A DNA stretch of 64,000 nucleotides from Octopus sinensis (lineage: Eukaryota): positions 21,204,001 to 21,268,000 of the forward strand of contig NC_043004.1 of NCBI RefSeq assembly GCF_006345805.1. The letters are read 5' to 3'. The first letter of the stretch is position 1. The number at the start of each line of letters is the position of its first letter. Below the pieces are notes generated by a model. The model saw only the letters and a program-made list of their open reading frames with translations, did no database searches and had not been told where the DNA came from. Made by a program: the position numbers and the translations under genes. Positions 24,869-38,539 of this stretch are shown here, in pieces.

Positions 24869-25714
24869 CAAGGTATAGTCAAAAGTTATCTGACCTTTGG
24901 CCAAAAAACAAGTAATATTAAAAGACTCACCATTTTGATTTACTCTCCTTCAAAGTATTTGCCTTGGGAGTCTACATACTTTTGCCAGCGTTCTTGCCAC
25001 TGCTGGAAACATTTCTGGAAATCAATTTTTGGGATGCTGTAGAGCTGTGCCATCGAATTTTGCTTAATGTCCTCTGTTGACTCAAAACCCCATTTGAGCA
25101 TTTTTTGAGCTTTGGGAATAGCCAAAAGTCACATGGAGCCAAGTCTGGGGAGTAGGAAGCCTGACAAACAAGTGGATGATGTGGGCAGAATGAACGCTGT
25201 CATGGTGGAGTTCCCAGTTCCTTGCTGCCCACTGGTCCTCAATAGCCACACAACAGTCTTCATAGACCATTCCTTCAACCTTTGCAATCATTTTGTCGCT
25301 TCTGCTAGTCAATGGTCTGCCACAATCTGGCTTACTGTCCACTGAGGTGCAGTTATCTTTGAACCGGTTGTACCACTCTTTATTTGTGTTTTTCCTATAG
25401 CATCATCTCCAAAGGCTTTCCAAATGTTCTCGATAGTCTGGGCTTGCATATCACCAAATTTTTGGCAGAATTTGGTTCAGTATCTTTGCTCCATGCACTC
25501 AGTCATCTTGACTCAAAAAGAAAAATTGCTCAGCACATTCATCACGTCTGTACTCAACATGTCACTACGGGTGACTGGAGCAACCTAAAGACGCAAAATT
25601 TTTTTTGTGTATGCTCAGGAAGGACATGGCTACCTAATACCTGTGCAGATTTTGCTAACACATTATTTTGTGCAAAAAAAAAATCAAGGGTGGATACATT
25701 TTGATTACGCCTCG
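24869..25714 (-). mobile_element. Internally deleted mariner element
   Basis: Degenerate TIRs TA|CAAGGTATAGTCAAAAGTTATC and GGATACATTTTGATTACGCCTCG|TA; minus-strand remnants DSKPDCGRPLTS, WELHHDS, FQKCFQQWQERWQKYVDSQGKYFEGE*. Confidence 0.8.
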
Positions 25715-26221
25715 TATATACTAACCATTCATAGAGAGATTAAGAAACTCAGTTGTGATGTATGAGGCTCAGCTGTAAGAATTTGAAAGACTCAGATGCA
25801 ATTCTTACTTTTTATTCCTTTTAGAACTGCCTCAATGGAGAGTAACTTGTTTAGCTCATATTTCATACCGTTTTGCAAATGAGATCAAATTTTGATATGT
25901 GTGAATATACCATTATCCCAAGGAATCAATTAATATTTTACAAAAATTTAGTCAAATAGATACCAGGTATAATGGTACATTGAAAGTAAAATGACCTCTT
26001 CTTCATCTTGTAAAACAGAATGCTAACATTCCCAAAGGTGCAACTGTTAGATAAATGTGAATGTTTACCTGATTTTACCAAAAGAAGATTTAAAACAGAC
26101 ATATATGTGTACTAGCATGAGTATCAAGGAAATAAACTTCCCTGTCATTATTTTGGATTGAATGTTCAATTTCTAGAAAATATTCCTATGCAAACAACTT
26201 CGTGTAATGCTATGTTGATTT

Positions 26222-26440
26222 GCTAAGGCAGCAAACTGGCAGAAGCGTTAGTACATTGGGTGAAATGCTTAGTGGTATTTCGTCTGTCTTTATATTCTGA
26301 GTTCAAATTCCACTGAGGTCGACTTTGCCTTTCAACCTTTCAGGGTCGATAAATTAAGTACCAGTTCAATTGCATTCTGGGGTCGATCTAAACGACTGGA
26401 CCCCTCCCAAAAAATTTCGGCCTTCTGTCTAGAGTAGTAA
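26222..26440 (+). mobile_element. SINE family B
   Basis: GGCAGAAGCGTTAG...GAGTTCAAATTCCACTGAGGTCGACTTTGCC...GGGGTCGAT. Confidence 0.8.
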
Positions 26441-26809
26441 AAGCCATGTTGATTTATCATGATAACTGTTTTTTCTGAACTATGCTTATACAACTTCGTT
26501 CTAGTAAGCTACAACAATTCATCTTCACTTGTCAATGCTTCATTGGACTTATCAACATTAACAAGTATATCAAGATTTATATTTTGTGTCTATTCTGTAC
26601 AGAATCTAATTAAATACACCATCTTTAATCCTTCTATATACAAAGAAATTATTGGTAGGTATTTTCTTGTTAACCCTATAAAGTCTATATAAATGTATGC
26701 TGAAAAATGTTTTTTTCTTTTTTGTCTTTCTTGGCTTATGTAAGGTTAGGGAATATTTTTGATAAGAAAAATTAATCCCCTTGTCTTTTCTCTCACCCTC
26801 TCTCTTTAA

Positions 26810-26853
<44 letters not shown>

Positions 26854-29072
26854 GTGTGTGTGTATATAATACACATACATATTCATGTATGTGTGAGTGT
26901 GTGTGGGGAATGCGTACTTGATACAACTAATTCAAAGTAAAAGAGAAATCAATACATTATTTGTGGAGTTGTAATTTTATTGTAGGTAAGGGAAAGACTA
27001 GTACCTCACAGTGATTGCTAGTTTTGTGCCATTGACTATTGCCTAGGGTGAAACTGATAGTCACTCTGAAGCAGTGGACTTACCAGTATCATCAACATCA
27101 ATAACAATATCACTGTCATCATCATCATTACCACCATCATCATCATCACTTTTACATCTATTTTTTTCCCATGCAGGTTCAGTTGACTGAAGCTTTTTCA
27201 AGCTGTAGTTTGAATGTCTTTCCTTATGGAAACCTGTTTTAGTCCCTCTTACAACACATCAGGCCATAGTGTATCAATTTAAAAAATGGAAATACTTTTA
27301 ATAACACACATACATGTCTATATATATAATAAGTTGAAAAACATATTGTAAATGCACAGATGAATGGAAAACAGACACAAGAGGTCGCCAATTCCTCATC
27401 AGTTATCAGCCAGAGGGTCAAATGCAATTTTGCATCTTTAATGATAATATTGATTCTCTTCTGGTGGCGACTGGCAGGAGCTGCCAGGAAATGAGACTGA
27501 AACATAACAGAATGAGAAAGGACAAACAATAAATGGATAAACAAGCAATGCAGAAGTGGATATAAGTATGTGAATGAATGTAATGCAAGACAAGATCGTT
27601 GGCGGATGGTCAAGGGACAAGAATGAAATATAAAGATAAACAGAACATAGCTTTAGAGCTAGACAAAAACAGAAGCATGGGTAACGCTAAGAGGGAAATC
27701 CTAACACATTGGAAACAGCAGGAGAACAGACAGAAAGTCGATAATTATATAACAACAACAGCTACCAGATATCCCAATTATAATCTTGCAATTGTTCAAA
27801 CATAAACATCTTTAAAACTGACTAGATCTTTCGAATTTTATCATTTTGTCACCTAAAGAACATAGTATTTGAAACATCAAGATTTTATCAAGAATAGCTA
27901 TTCTAGAGTTTAGGCTGAATAGACAGACTGTTTGTCAGCTGACTTTGAAATCTTTTGAAATGGAAATCATTGTACAAAGAAATTAAGGAATTCTATAGAA
28001 CATCATTCTGGCTTTATGGTCATCTCAGAAAATTTTTGTTATTGATTATGCGCACTTCAGTACTGTCAATCTCTTGCTTACCCTTTTATACAAGCACTAA
28101 CAGTGTACTATATGTCCTTCATTTAGCATTGCCTCATTTCTAAACTACCTTCTTGGCCTCTTTTTACTAATGTACATTTGTATTTCCTGCACAGTCAATT
28201 CGGATCTTTCATCACTCAACACCAAAGATTTTATTCATTACTTTGTGCAACAATTCAATATCTAGCTGAAGCATAAAAAGAATATCTCCACCAGTATCAT
28301 ATATTCATATGACATGTTAAAGAAATTCGAAATCACAGAATTTGTGTTTTCTCCTGTTACCCCTGCTCAAATAACAACTGTTGTGGCATGACACTATCTG
28401 TAGTGATGAGAACACTACTCATATATTTCTTCTTGCTGTAATTGTGGTTGTTCTTTCTCTGTTCCTTCTTTTTCATATGATACATTATTTACTCTCATTT
28501 CCTGAAACATTCTTGTAGCAATCTATTTACAGTTCTTTTATTGTGATATTACTTGTACTCTTTTTGTCTGGCTCCAATAGAAGCTTTTTTTTTTTGATAA
28601 CATTTGATTTCAATAAATTGTCGTTTCTCTCTAGCTAAATCTTTGTGTGCTTGAATTATCAAGGAAGAAAATGACAGCAGAACTCACAAAAATGTAATTT
28701 AATGGCTGACATATTTGCTATTAACAAAGAAGTAAAAAACAAAAACAGTGTAAATAAGAATGTGTAAAAAAAAAATCAAAGAAAACCACTGTTGTTCACA
28801 CACCAACCACTAACTCAATCATTGTTCCTCACAATGTCGTACAGCAGGTTTTCTCTCCTGGAATGCATTTTTTTCATCCTCTGTAGTTGTAAACATTCAT
28901 TTGTTCAACAATAAAGCAATACCAACCCCGTTGATCTTGGAGAATCTGTAAAACTCATAGACATAGTCTCATCCATCAGACCAAACCATTAAAAAGAACC
29001 ATTTGTTGAATGATTTAAGCTGGAAAAATACCAGTCAAAGTAAAAGGAAAATTAAATAGCTGTATTCTTTTA

Positions 29073-29261
29073 TTCTTTTACTTGTTTCACTCATTTGACT
29101 GCAGCCATGCTGCAGCACCACCTTTGGTCGAACAATTCAACCCCAGGACTTATTTTTTGTAAGCCTAATACTTATTCTACTGGTCTTTTTCGCGGAACCA
29201 CTAAGTTATGGGTACATAAACATACCGACATTGGTTGTCAAGCGATGGTGGGGGAACAATT

Positions 29262-29262
<1 letters not shown>
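29073..29262 (-). mobile_element. SINE family A, 3' half only
   Basis: TTACTTGTTTCACTCATTTGACTGC...GGTTGTCAAGCGATG. Confidence 0.8.
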
Positions 29263-29300
<38 letters not shown>

Positions 29301-29431
29301 GCAAAAGAGGGAGTGGTGTTTCCATGCAGGAAAAAATATAGGAAAATGTGTTGCTGAAAATGCACTTAAATTTCAAACAAGCTTAACCTTGAGGGACAGG
29401 TGTTACCAGTTCCAATATGAGCATGATTGTT

Positions 29432-29836
29432 GGAGTGGCTGTGTGGTAAGTAGTTTGCTTACCAACCACATGGTTCCAGTTTTAGTCCCACTGCATGGCA
29501 CCTTGGACAAGTGTCTTCTACTATAGCTTCTGGCCGACCAAAGCCTTGTGAGTGGATTTGATAGGCGGAAACTGAAAGAAGCCCGTCGTATATATGTATA
29601 TATATATATGCATGTGTGTGTATATGTTTGTGTGTCTGTGTTTGTCCCCCAATATCGCTTGACAACCGATGGCGGTGTGTTTACGTCCCCATATCTTAGC
29701 AGTTCGGCAAAAGAGACCGATAGAATAAGTACTAGGCTTACAAAGAATAAGTCCTAGGGTTGATTTGCTCAACTAAAGGCTGTGCTCCAGTATGGCCACA
29801 GTCAAATAACTGAAACAAGTAAAAGAGTAAAGAGTA
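29432..29836 (+). mobile_element. SINE family A
   Basis: Full-length match to 10456-10876. Confidence 0.9.
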
Positions 29837-29852
29837 TACATACATGCACACG

Positions 29853-29906
<54 letters not shown>

Positions 29907-31019
29907 GACGGGTAGAGAGAGACAGTGGAAGAAACATTTTTTTTTCATTTGTTATAAGTTTACTAAATTATTTATTTTCATTGAATTATCACATTACAGT
30001 ATTTTCTATTTTACTGTTATGCTTTATAATATTACTTAGGACACTTCGTGTAAAATTAAAAACACGTTATCATGACCTGAAAACTCTTGGTGTCAAATCC
30101 TCCACATTGACTCAACCCACATAAATATATGTGAATGATTGTGAGTTTGCTTTTGATTAAATATACTTTCTCTCCAAGATTGTTAGAAGCAAAAAAATAT
30201 CTTAGAAAACTAAATAAATAACTCAGCATATACAGTTGAATTGATGATGATAATGAAAGGCTGATAATAAATAATGTATCGATACTTATGGGGGTTAGTG
30301 ATAGTGAATAATCTTACAACATCAATATTTAATCCATAAACAATGGCTTCTTGAAGGTTAGATAACAGAAATCCATGCTGTATTATATATATTTGCATAC
30401 TTCTTTTATAGAATTTTACTTTATTTTTCAATGCCTATTTGAAATGGCATTCAGCTGATTGGCACACATACACTTCAACACATCAAAATAACTGGCTCTC
30501 AGTTACATTATTTTTCTCGGTGCCTCATCTGTGATATTACTATGAGCTTTGCTCCCAGAAACAGCAATACGCAACCTTTAGCTAAATCTATTTATTACAA
30601 TCCTCTCTGAACCTCACACCAATCCTTCCTTGTCCTTCATACTTCTTCTCAAGAATGTCACCTTCAGAAATTCCCTGGTGACGAAATGTTTCTTACAAGT
30701 GTCAACTGAACAGACATTCAAACTTGATTTCAATTTCCTAAATTTCTCTAGCCAGAAAAAAGCTACAAATGTCATAAGCAGGCTTCTCTTCAATGGTTAA
30801 GTAAAAAGCAAATTATGCCAGACTACCTACTCTTACTATTGTTACAAGAACACACATCAAAATTTAGTCTTTACATGTTAAGTTTGTTATGAATATATTT
30901 TATCTTTATGGTAGAGAAGTTGGCATGTTGACTATTGAAGCATTTCCTTATCATAAATCAATTAACCATTAATCAATTAAATACCATTGAGAAATCCATT
31001 AGAATGTCAAACAAAATAC

Positions 31020-31150
31020 CTGCAGTATCTTCTTTGGCTCTTTATGTTCTGAGCTCAAATCATGCTGAGATCAACTTTGCCTCTTATCCACCTGAGGTTG
31101 GAAAAAATAAAACTACCAGTCAAGGACTAGGGGTGAATTATCATTACTAT
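31020..31150 (+). mobile_element. Degenerate SINE family B fragment
   Basis: GTTCTGAGCTCAAATCATGCTGAGATCAACTTTGCC...AAAACTACCAGTCAAG. Confidence 0.5.
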
Positions 31151-32899
31151 AAATCTGTAAAAGAATATTTTGTCTTTGTAAAACAAGCTATACACTACTT
31201 CTCTGCAACTGTCATTCCGTCTCATTGTTGATACAAGTACAGTATGACATATTGAATAAGGAATTGTAATATTTGTAGTAAAAAGTTGATACATTTGATA
31301 CTTGCAGATAAATTTCTTACAGAAACGTATTTTTTTTATAATTGCAGGTAAGTACTTATAGAAGCATCTTCCTTTCTACAGAAATGTCTTTCTTGCAGGT
31401 AAGTGTCTATATTTTCTGTATATTCTTTTCTTTTTAATTTACAGTACTTACAGAAAGATGTGTCTTCTTTTTCAGAATTTTACAGATTAGTGGGATGAGG
31501 TGGGGGAAGTTATCCTGCCCCGAGTCCTTGTTACACAATGTACTCAGCTAATGGCACCCTAAGAGTATAAAAAGCACTGACAGTTTTTATAGCATCTTTA
31601 TCAACTGAAGTCTTATGGTATTTTCATACAATACTTCTATTGATCTTATGTTTTATCTTAGATTCCATTTTTTAAGCTGCACTTAAGTAGCAAATTTTAC
31701 TCCAATTCAGCCGGTAATATCCAATTCACCATTTGATCAAGGTTCCAAAATACCTAATCATTACTTGAATTTTGCCAGAATTGACTTGCAGTCCAACTTA
31801 AATTGAAACAAAATGGAAGTGATCAAGCTACTGTGTTTCTGTAATTTTATCAACATAAGCTAAATAGTATAGCTGAATGCCAATAAAGAAGGTCAAACAA
31901 CTTTTATGTTTTCATTATCTGCTTCATCATTTTCACTAGTATAATAGTGAATAAAGATTCTGGTATTGTATCACGTTGTCTAATTCCTACTTTGTAATAA
32001 CATAGCAAGAGCTTGACTCTAACAATCTTATACACACACACATGCGCGCACACACATACACACACACACATGAAGATAATGATGCTAATGCAAGCATATC
32101 TAAATATGTGACCAAAATTATAAACAAGTTTTGGAGTCTATTTACAATAATATTTCTTTTAAAATTCGAATTTGATATATTTTTGAAATACTTACTGCTC
32201 CCTCTGCTCAGTTTAAATATCCTCTTTGCTAAACCCATACCTCACTCTCTATGGTGTTCATTTTTCTACATCATATTTCTATCTTTAACTTAGTTTCACT
32301 TCTTTAACATCACTCCTGCTATAACAATGTTTTTATAACTATTTTAATTTCAAGAAATGGAGTAAATATTGTTCATGTATATAGAAAGGACAAATCAAAA
32401 TGTTTATTCCCATCAAACTATTCTGCAAATTGCCATTCTTTAAATAATGTTTACAATGTTTTCACTAAATTTTACATTTCCCTTTTATATATCACTATTT
32501 GATAAGTTTTCATTTTTAGAAGATAGAAGATACAGTGGCCAGTTTGTCTTTGTCTTTCCCTTTGTGTGTGTGTATGTGTGCGTGCATGCATGCGCATGTA
32601 TACATGTGTGTGTGTGTGTGCATGTGTGTGCATGTGTGTGCATGTGTGCACATGTGTGTACAAGTGTGTGCATGTGTGCACATGTGTGTGCATGTGCGTG
32701 TGTTTGAAAGAGCTAGCCAGCCTTGTAAAGCTAGAGGAACATTTGGATCATCTCATAATTTGTTCCTTCTCATATCACCATTAAGGACCTCAAACCCATC
32801 TTCCTTTCCAGTCTCAAATGTAGGCTGACCAACACCACCAAAACCAAGATAGGCATCATAAGTAAGTATATACTCAATGCCACCCATTACAATATCAGA

Positions 32900-34330
32900 A
32901 GGGAGCAGGGTTGCCACACTAGAATTGTAGAACTTTAGTAATCAAGAGGTTGTGCAGCATCAAGACTAAAGCTACCTGAAACATTACCCAGTTTGATATA
33001 AGAGATTTCTATTCTTCAGTATTGAGATCCCTCTTCCTGAAGGCCTTAGACTTTGGTAGACAATTCATAAAAATCAATGATCTTCTTATTAGAACCATCA
33101 TGAATGTAAAAACGTCAGTCCTGTTTCACAACTGGGTAAAAAAGGAAGGCAACCTACTATTTGACATGTCCTTAGGGAGCTATGATGGCACTGTGATCAC
33201 TAACCCTGTCAAGTGTTCATCTTGCTACTCTTCAAAATGCATACAACCTTATTGTTTGACCCTGTATAGGAAAGATAGCTTGGCAATCCATAAGCATATG
33301 AACAGCCATGTCATGGATAAATTAAGAAAGAAGCAGTTAAAGATCTTCAAAGAATTTGGTATAATTATGTTACTACAAAATTTGACAAAGTTCAGCTTCA
33401 GCAAGTAGTACACCTATAGAAGGCCCACTGAGTAGACTATTTATATCCATAGACACCTTAACAACACCACAGGTGTATTTAGAAATCTAGACACAGACAT
33501 CAGTAGAAAAAAACATTACTCCATCAGATGATAAGGAAATTGTATACTGTACTATATTCCGTTATGGTGAGGCATTAGTGGGAAGAAATTTTATGGATAA
33601 ATTAGTGTATAAGGAGGATTTCCCCATTCATGAAGGGAGTTAGAGAGACAAAGCTAATTTGATTTAACCCCATATGCAATGTAAAGGTTTCCACTAATGT
33701 ATCCAAGAGTTTCCTGGTGCTAATTTAGAATTAGGAATTTAAAATTAGGAATTAAAACTCTTTAATTCCTATATCATTTAGGTTACCTACTCATATTCTG
33801 ATAACATTGTTCAAACATAAACACACCTACAAAGCCTCTATCTAACACTCCAGTATGTAACTGCCAAAATCCTATCTACTTCCCATTGAGAGTGTTCCAT
33901 TTCTAAAACGCTATAGACTATCTAGCCACTCGCATACCATCTAATGAGTATGACAGCCAATGATTTTAATGGAAGATATACACAACAAATATACTTCTTC
34001 AGGTGTAGCAAAAGGGAAAACTCTACTTCTCTATCCCACTTCATCTGGAGATTCCAGGACTATTGAAATGATTTGCCCAACATCAAATGGGGTGTCCTTG
34101 ACAAAGCTCCTCCTTACTTACCTTGAGTCCATAATTGCCACTTATGCCTCTGTGAGAAATGGCACATACCCCACTCGGATGCTGTATTCATTAATAGGAA
34201 GAATAAGCTATCTTAGGAGTATTGCCAGATGATGCTCTGTTAATGAACTTCAATCCTCTAGCTGTTGATAATCCAATTATACTAACCTAGGCTTAGCCAA
34301 CCCCCCAAAAAACAGCAGGGTATTTCAGCC
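32900..34330 (+). mobile_element. Decayed Penelope-like element, RT plus C-terminal GIY-YIG endonuclease
   Basis: QFDIRDFYSSV (32989), FDMSLGSYDG, LYRKDSLAI (RT motifs FDI.DFYPSI, FDV.MGSYDG, LYRDDGL); downstream CNCQNP and LSHFIWRF...IKWGVLDKAPPY...CHLCLCEKWHI. Same PLE type as 4100-4980. Confidence 0.8.
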
Positions 34331-35189
34331 TTACTACCCATATAAACTTTAGTCTATTCATGCTGGTCACACAACCTCACTCGTAGCCTAAAAACATCAA
34401 AATAGTAATCTCAGTATAATGAGTGCTGACATTAATGTATTCAAATTTCACAATATGATGACTAATCAAGTGATGGGGGCCGACCCCAGCAAGTGTGTTA
34501 CCAAATACAAGGAGCTGGTATCCCAAAATATAGCACACAGTGGACTGGCATCAAAAGAGTTTCCAACATCCTTACAGCAAACAACATTCTGTCTGTGAAA
34601 TGTGGACCAAAAATAAAAGAAATTCACTGATGTCACCTTTGTAGCATTATGACCATTTGACATCAGTTGATAAATAGAAGCCTTAACACCTAGAAGTCAT
34701 ATTGAATTCTCTTTCAGATTCACTTCTCTGTCTACAAACATCTGATGAGTTGGATACATCCAACACTTACAAAACTTGTCCTATATTTACAAAACTTTAA
34801 GCGATATGTAGCTGCATCAAACTTTTATTAAATATGTGTGTACACACATACACATATACACACACATACATGCATGCACATACAGACATACACACACACA
34901 TGCATATGCACACACACACACACACACACACATCTTTTTTAGAAAAGTGAATAATAGGGCATAAATACTATTTAGAATTTTATGAGCTTCGAGATTCACT
35001 GTTCCCAAAAAGAATTATTTCATATTCTCTCAAATTCTTATGGCAACAACAATATATATTTAAACATGTGTGTGTGCGCGTACACACACACACATACAGA
35101 CACACACAAAAAAGAACTGCAAGAATTACATGAGCTAGAACTTGAAAGTGCCTAAAGGTCTGTTTGAGTAAGCAGTGCTGAGAGTATGA

Positions 35190-35560
35190 TTAAGAGAAAC
35201 AGAGTCATTGCAATGAGAGTGTTGCAAAAGAAAGAGTGAGAAGAATGAGAGAGTGATATAGCTGGAGGAGGTAATGAAAGAGTGACAGTGATGGCAGTTA
35301 CATGCGTGCTTGTGTGACAGATACAGATAAAGTAATAGAAATAGATGATGATGAAAGTGGGATGGGTGGCAATAGCAAGTGGACTGGAGAAGAAGAAGGA
35401 TGGCTGGCAGCATAAAAATGCTGGAAGGATGTATTGGACATAAACAGATCTGATGCTATCCTTTGTATAGGGAATTCTTGGAGGGAAGATGAGGTAGAAT
35501 GGTAAATATAGTAGAACATTTGAGGAGGGACAAATATGCTTGTGTGTGTATGACCACCAT
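35190..35560 (-). mobile_element. Decayed Penelope-like remnant
   Basis: Minus strand ...FYAASHPSSSPVHLLLPPIPLS resembles the PLE RT thumb motif YL..SSHP....IP.SQ. Confidence 0.35.
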
Positions 35561-35595
35561 CTGTACAGTTTGCAGCTACAAATCTCTTAACTAAA

Positions 35596-35830
35596 TTATT
35601 TATTTCTTTGTTGCCCACAAGGGGCTAAACATAGAGGGGACAAACAAGGACAGACAAAGGAATTAAGTCAATAACATTGACCTCAGAACGTAACTGGTAC
35701 TTATTTCATCGACCCCGAAAGGATGAAAGATAAAGTCAACCTTGGCGGAATTTGAACTCAGAACGTAAAGACAGACAAAATACTGCTATGCATTTCGCTC
35801 AGCATGCTAACGTTTCTGCCAGCTCAGCAC
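35596..35830 (-). mobile_element. SINE family B
   Basis: CCCACAAGGGGCTAAACATAGAGGGGACAAAC...GGCGGAATTTGAACTCAG...CTAACGTTTCTGCCAGC. Confidence 0.85.
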
Positions 35831-36282
35831 CTAAATTTATTACCCAAATTATTGACCAAACCAAGGCCACTGTTAAAGAAAAGTGCACACAGTACTACAC
35901 AATGATAACGAACCTAGTAACATGTGATTACAAGCAACTTCTTAATTACTCAGCTATATCAACATTGGCTGTCATCAGATTTAGCATTAAAGAAATCTGA
36001 CTCTAGAAAAATAATAATACTTGTAAACCATATTAAGATAGGAAACTAAACTGATGGTGAAAACAGCAAGATGATAATGATTGCTCTCATTCTCTATGCA
36101 TGTGTGTATGTGTGTGCACATATATATTGTGATATTTAGTGAAGCCATAGACAATATTTTCTCACATGCAAGATAGCGTACATATTGTGGGTGAATTCAA
36201 ATCTGTGTATTGTGTTTGTATTGTTTATGAGAGAATTAGGCTTTATTTTCACTACGCAAGTCATAGAATATTCTTGGGATTA

Positions 36283-36346
36283 TACTACTACTGCTACTAC
36301 TATTACTACTTCTACTACTACTGCTAATAATGATAATAATAACGAC

Positions 36347-36393
<47 letters not shown>

Positions 36394-36468
36394 TCATGAT
36401 GACGATAGCAACGATGCTGCTGCTGCTGCTGCTGATGATGATGATGACCATGATCATCATCATTATCA
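36283..36468. repeat. Compound (ACT)/(AAT)/(GAT)/(GCT) array
   Basis: Directly visible. Confidence 0.9.
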
Positions 36469-36949
36469 TATTGCAGGGTGGGGGGATGGTTAGTTTCCTG
36501 AACATGGCTTGTTTGTCATTAAAATATAATAATGATCTGAAATGTCTTTGAGCTGTAAACAGCCAGATGACATAAAATGGATAGGATCAAATGAAGACAA
36601 CAACAAACACTAATAACAATACCAGTTATTATCTAACGATATTAAATCATGTAGTACTAATGTCTTATTTCTTCATTCTGCTAGCATATCTAATACATCC
36701 CTGTTACATAGCTTCTATTGTCATTTTTTAAATTTTTTTGTAATTTCCATTTTATTAGTCATTATCTATGAAATGAGATCTGTGAACCATGCATTCCAGC
36801 TGTTGTTTACTGCACATATTGTTTGTGGTTTTATAATTCGTTGCTTAAGACAATTAACACTAATGACCAATCGTGCATCTTCAGAACTGCAATCTCCTGC
36901 CAACCATTAACTGCATTTGTGTTTCCTGTGAATATCAGCAATAGGTATT

Positions 36950-37510
36950 TTTTACAGACATTGATTAATCTCATTGCCAGATGAGATGATGCTGAGACCC
37001 AGCAATGTAGAAGGCTTTGGATGCATGCTGTTCATGTTTAGGAGTTTAGGATTGTATTGACATTTTCTTTACATGTGCAGAGTTGTATCCCTTTGCTGCT
37101 GAAGGTGAAAAGTTTGGCTTGATTCCATAAAGCTTTATTTTCATTGAATTAGAGCAAATTTACCAAAAGGTATCTATGTTTTATGCAGATGATGCTTGAG
37201 TATGGAAGGTTAGAGAGAAATAATGAGTATTATCATCTATGTAGGAATGAGCACTGTTTGAGTTGGTGGCATATAGGTCAATAAGGTATGAAAAGGAAAG
37301 TATGGGAGACAAAACTGAATTCTGGGTGGCATCACATCAAAGAGAACTCCATCAGCACAAGCCACGAGAGTGCAGTCTAACAGAAACCAACCAGTCTAAG
37401 TGAGAATAGATGGATGTAGCTGCAAACTGCTTTACAGAAGGTTTTTGTGCCAGACATGGTTGGAATGTTTAGTGATATCAAAGGTACAATTTCTTTCACC
37501 ATAGTAAAAG
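36950..37510 (-). mobile_element. CR1/L2-type LINE RT remnant
   Basis: Minus strand DI.K...HVWHKNLL...FLLD..LV...DG...PRIQFCLP resembles DISKAFDRVWH..LL...FL..R...V..DG...PQGSVLSP. Confidence 0.5.
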
Positions 37511-37639
37511 CTGCATCACAGAAGCCAATGCACTTCCTAATCTGATAACCAACCAAATAAAAAAGTCAAAAGCCTTAATAAAAAAGATTAAGCAAGAACA
37601 TAATTATATGTTCAATATATATGTAGCTATATTTTTTCT

Positions 37640-38200
37640 TTTACACATTTCAGCTCAAAGGTTGTGGCTATACTGGGGTGTTTCCAGTGTTATTACCTTT
37701 TCAATGACCCTTTTTATGTGATTGCTGCTCTCTTATGAGTTTCTTACTGTGATGTAGGTTTATCCCCACTCCTGGTCACTTGTTCTGGAAGTTCTCAGAA
37801 TACATACACCCATTTACTTGTACATTGCCACCATTTTGGTGATATGCATGTGAAACAAGGCACTGCTGTTCATATCAATCCCAAGATCACATACTGTACT
37901 CAAGGATTACCAATTCTTTTGGTCCAAAGTATCAATGTTGTGGCATGTAAATCCAAGCTAGTTGATAATGAAAGGCTTGGAATTTCCCTGCATTAAACTG
38001 AATGTTGGTTTCTTTAGCCCATCAAGGTCTTTCTGTAGAAGACAAGCATCAAAAGGCTCCTTGGCTGCTTGTATACTTTTGTGTCATCAGCATAGCTAGA
38101 CAATGTAGCTATCTGTGCAACTAATAACATGTCAGAAAGCTCCACCATAAACAGCAGCAGCTCCAAAATAGTTCCTTGATGTTATCAGATAATATAAGGT
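37640..38200 (-). mobile_element. CR1/L2-type LINE RT remnant
   Basis: Minus strand QGTILELLLFMV...LSSYADDTK...LQKDLD, then DLGIDMNSSALFHMHITKM...ILRT. Confidence 0.75.
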
Positions 38201-38539
38201 GCCTCAATTAACCACATCTTTTGCTCTATAGAAGAATCTCCATTCCAGTGGCAGATAGAGAGAGATCTTCAACAGGATCACATCCCATTATAATGAGATA
38301 CTAGGAGAGAATGGCTTTATTGATAATTTGATGTCTGTGGATGAATCCCATTACAACCTATATCCTAAGAGATTGATAGACTCAGATGAAATCAGATTTA
38401 ATCCTCCATTCCATGTAAATGTTTTCAATAACTTACCTTTAAGCTTTTTGAATCTTTATTTGACAATTAAATTCTTTGATTTCCATAGTGTTAAGGCTAG
38501 CTATTCCTGTTTAGATGTCTTTTTCAACATTGAATGCAA

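Noticed and set aside
28150-28270. Minus-strand acceptor-like TTCTTTTTATGCTTCAG followed by coding-looking sequence
   Set aside because: Stops in every frame; more likely an unidentified decayed transposase, family not assignable by eye.
30640-30790. Minus-strand W....R......VCS...CKKHF resembling a THAP domain
   Set aside because: Match is too short and degenerate to support without an HMM search.
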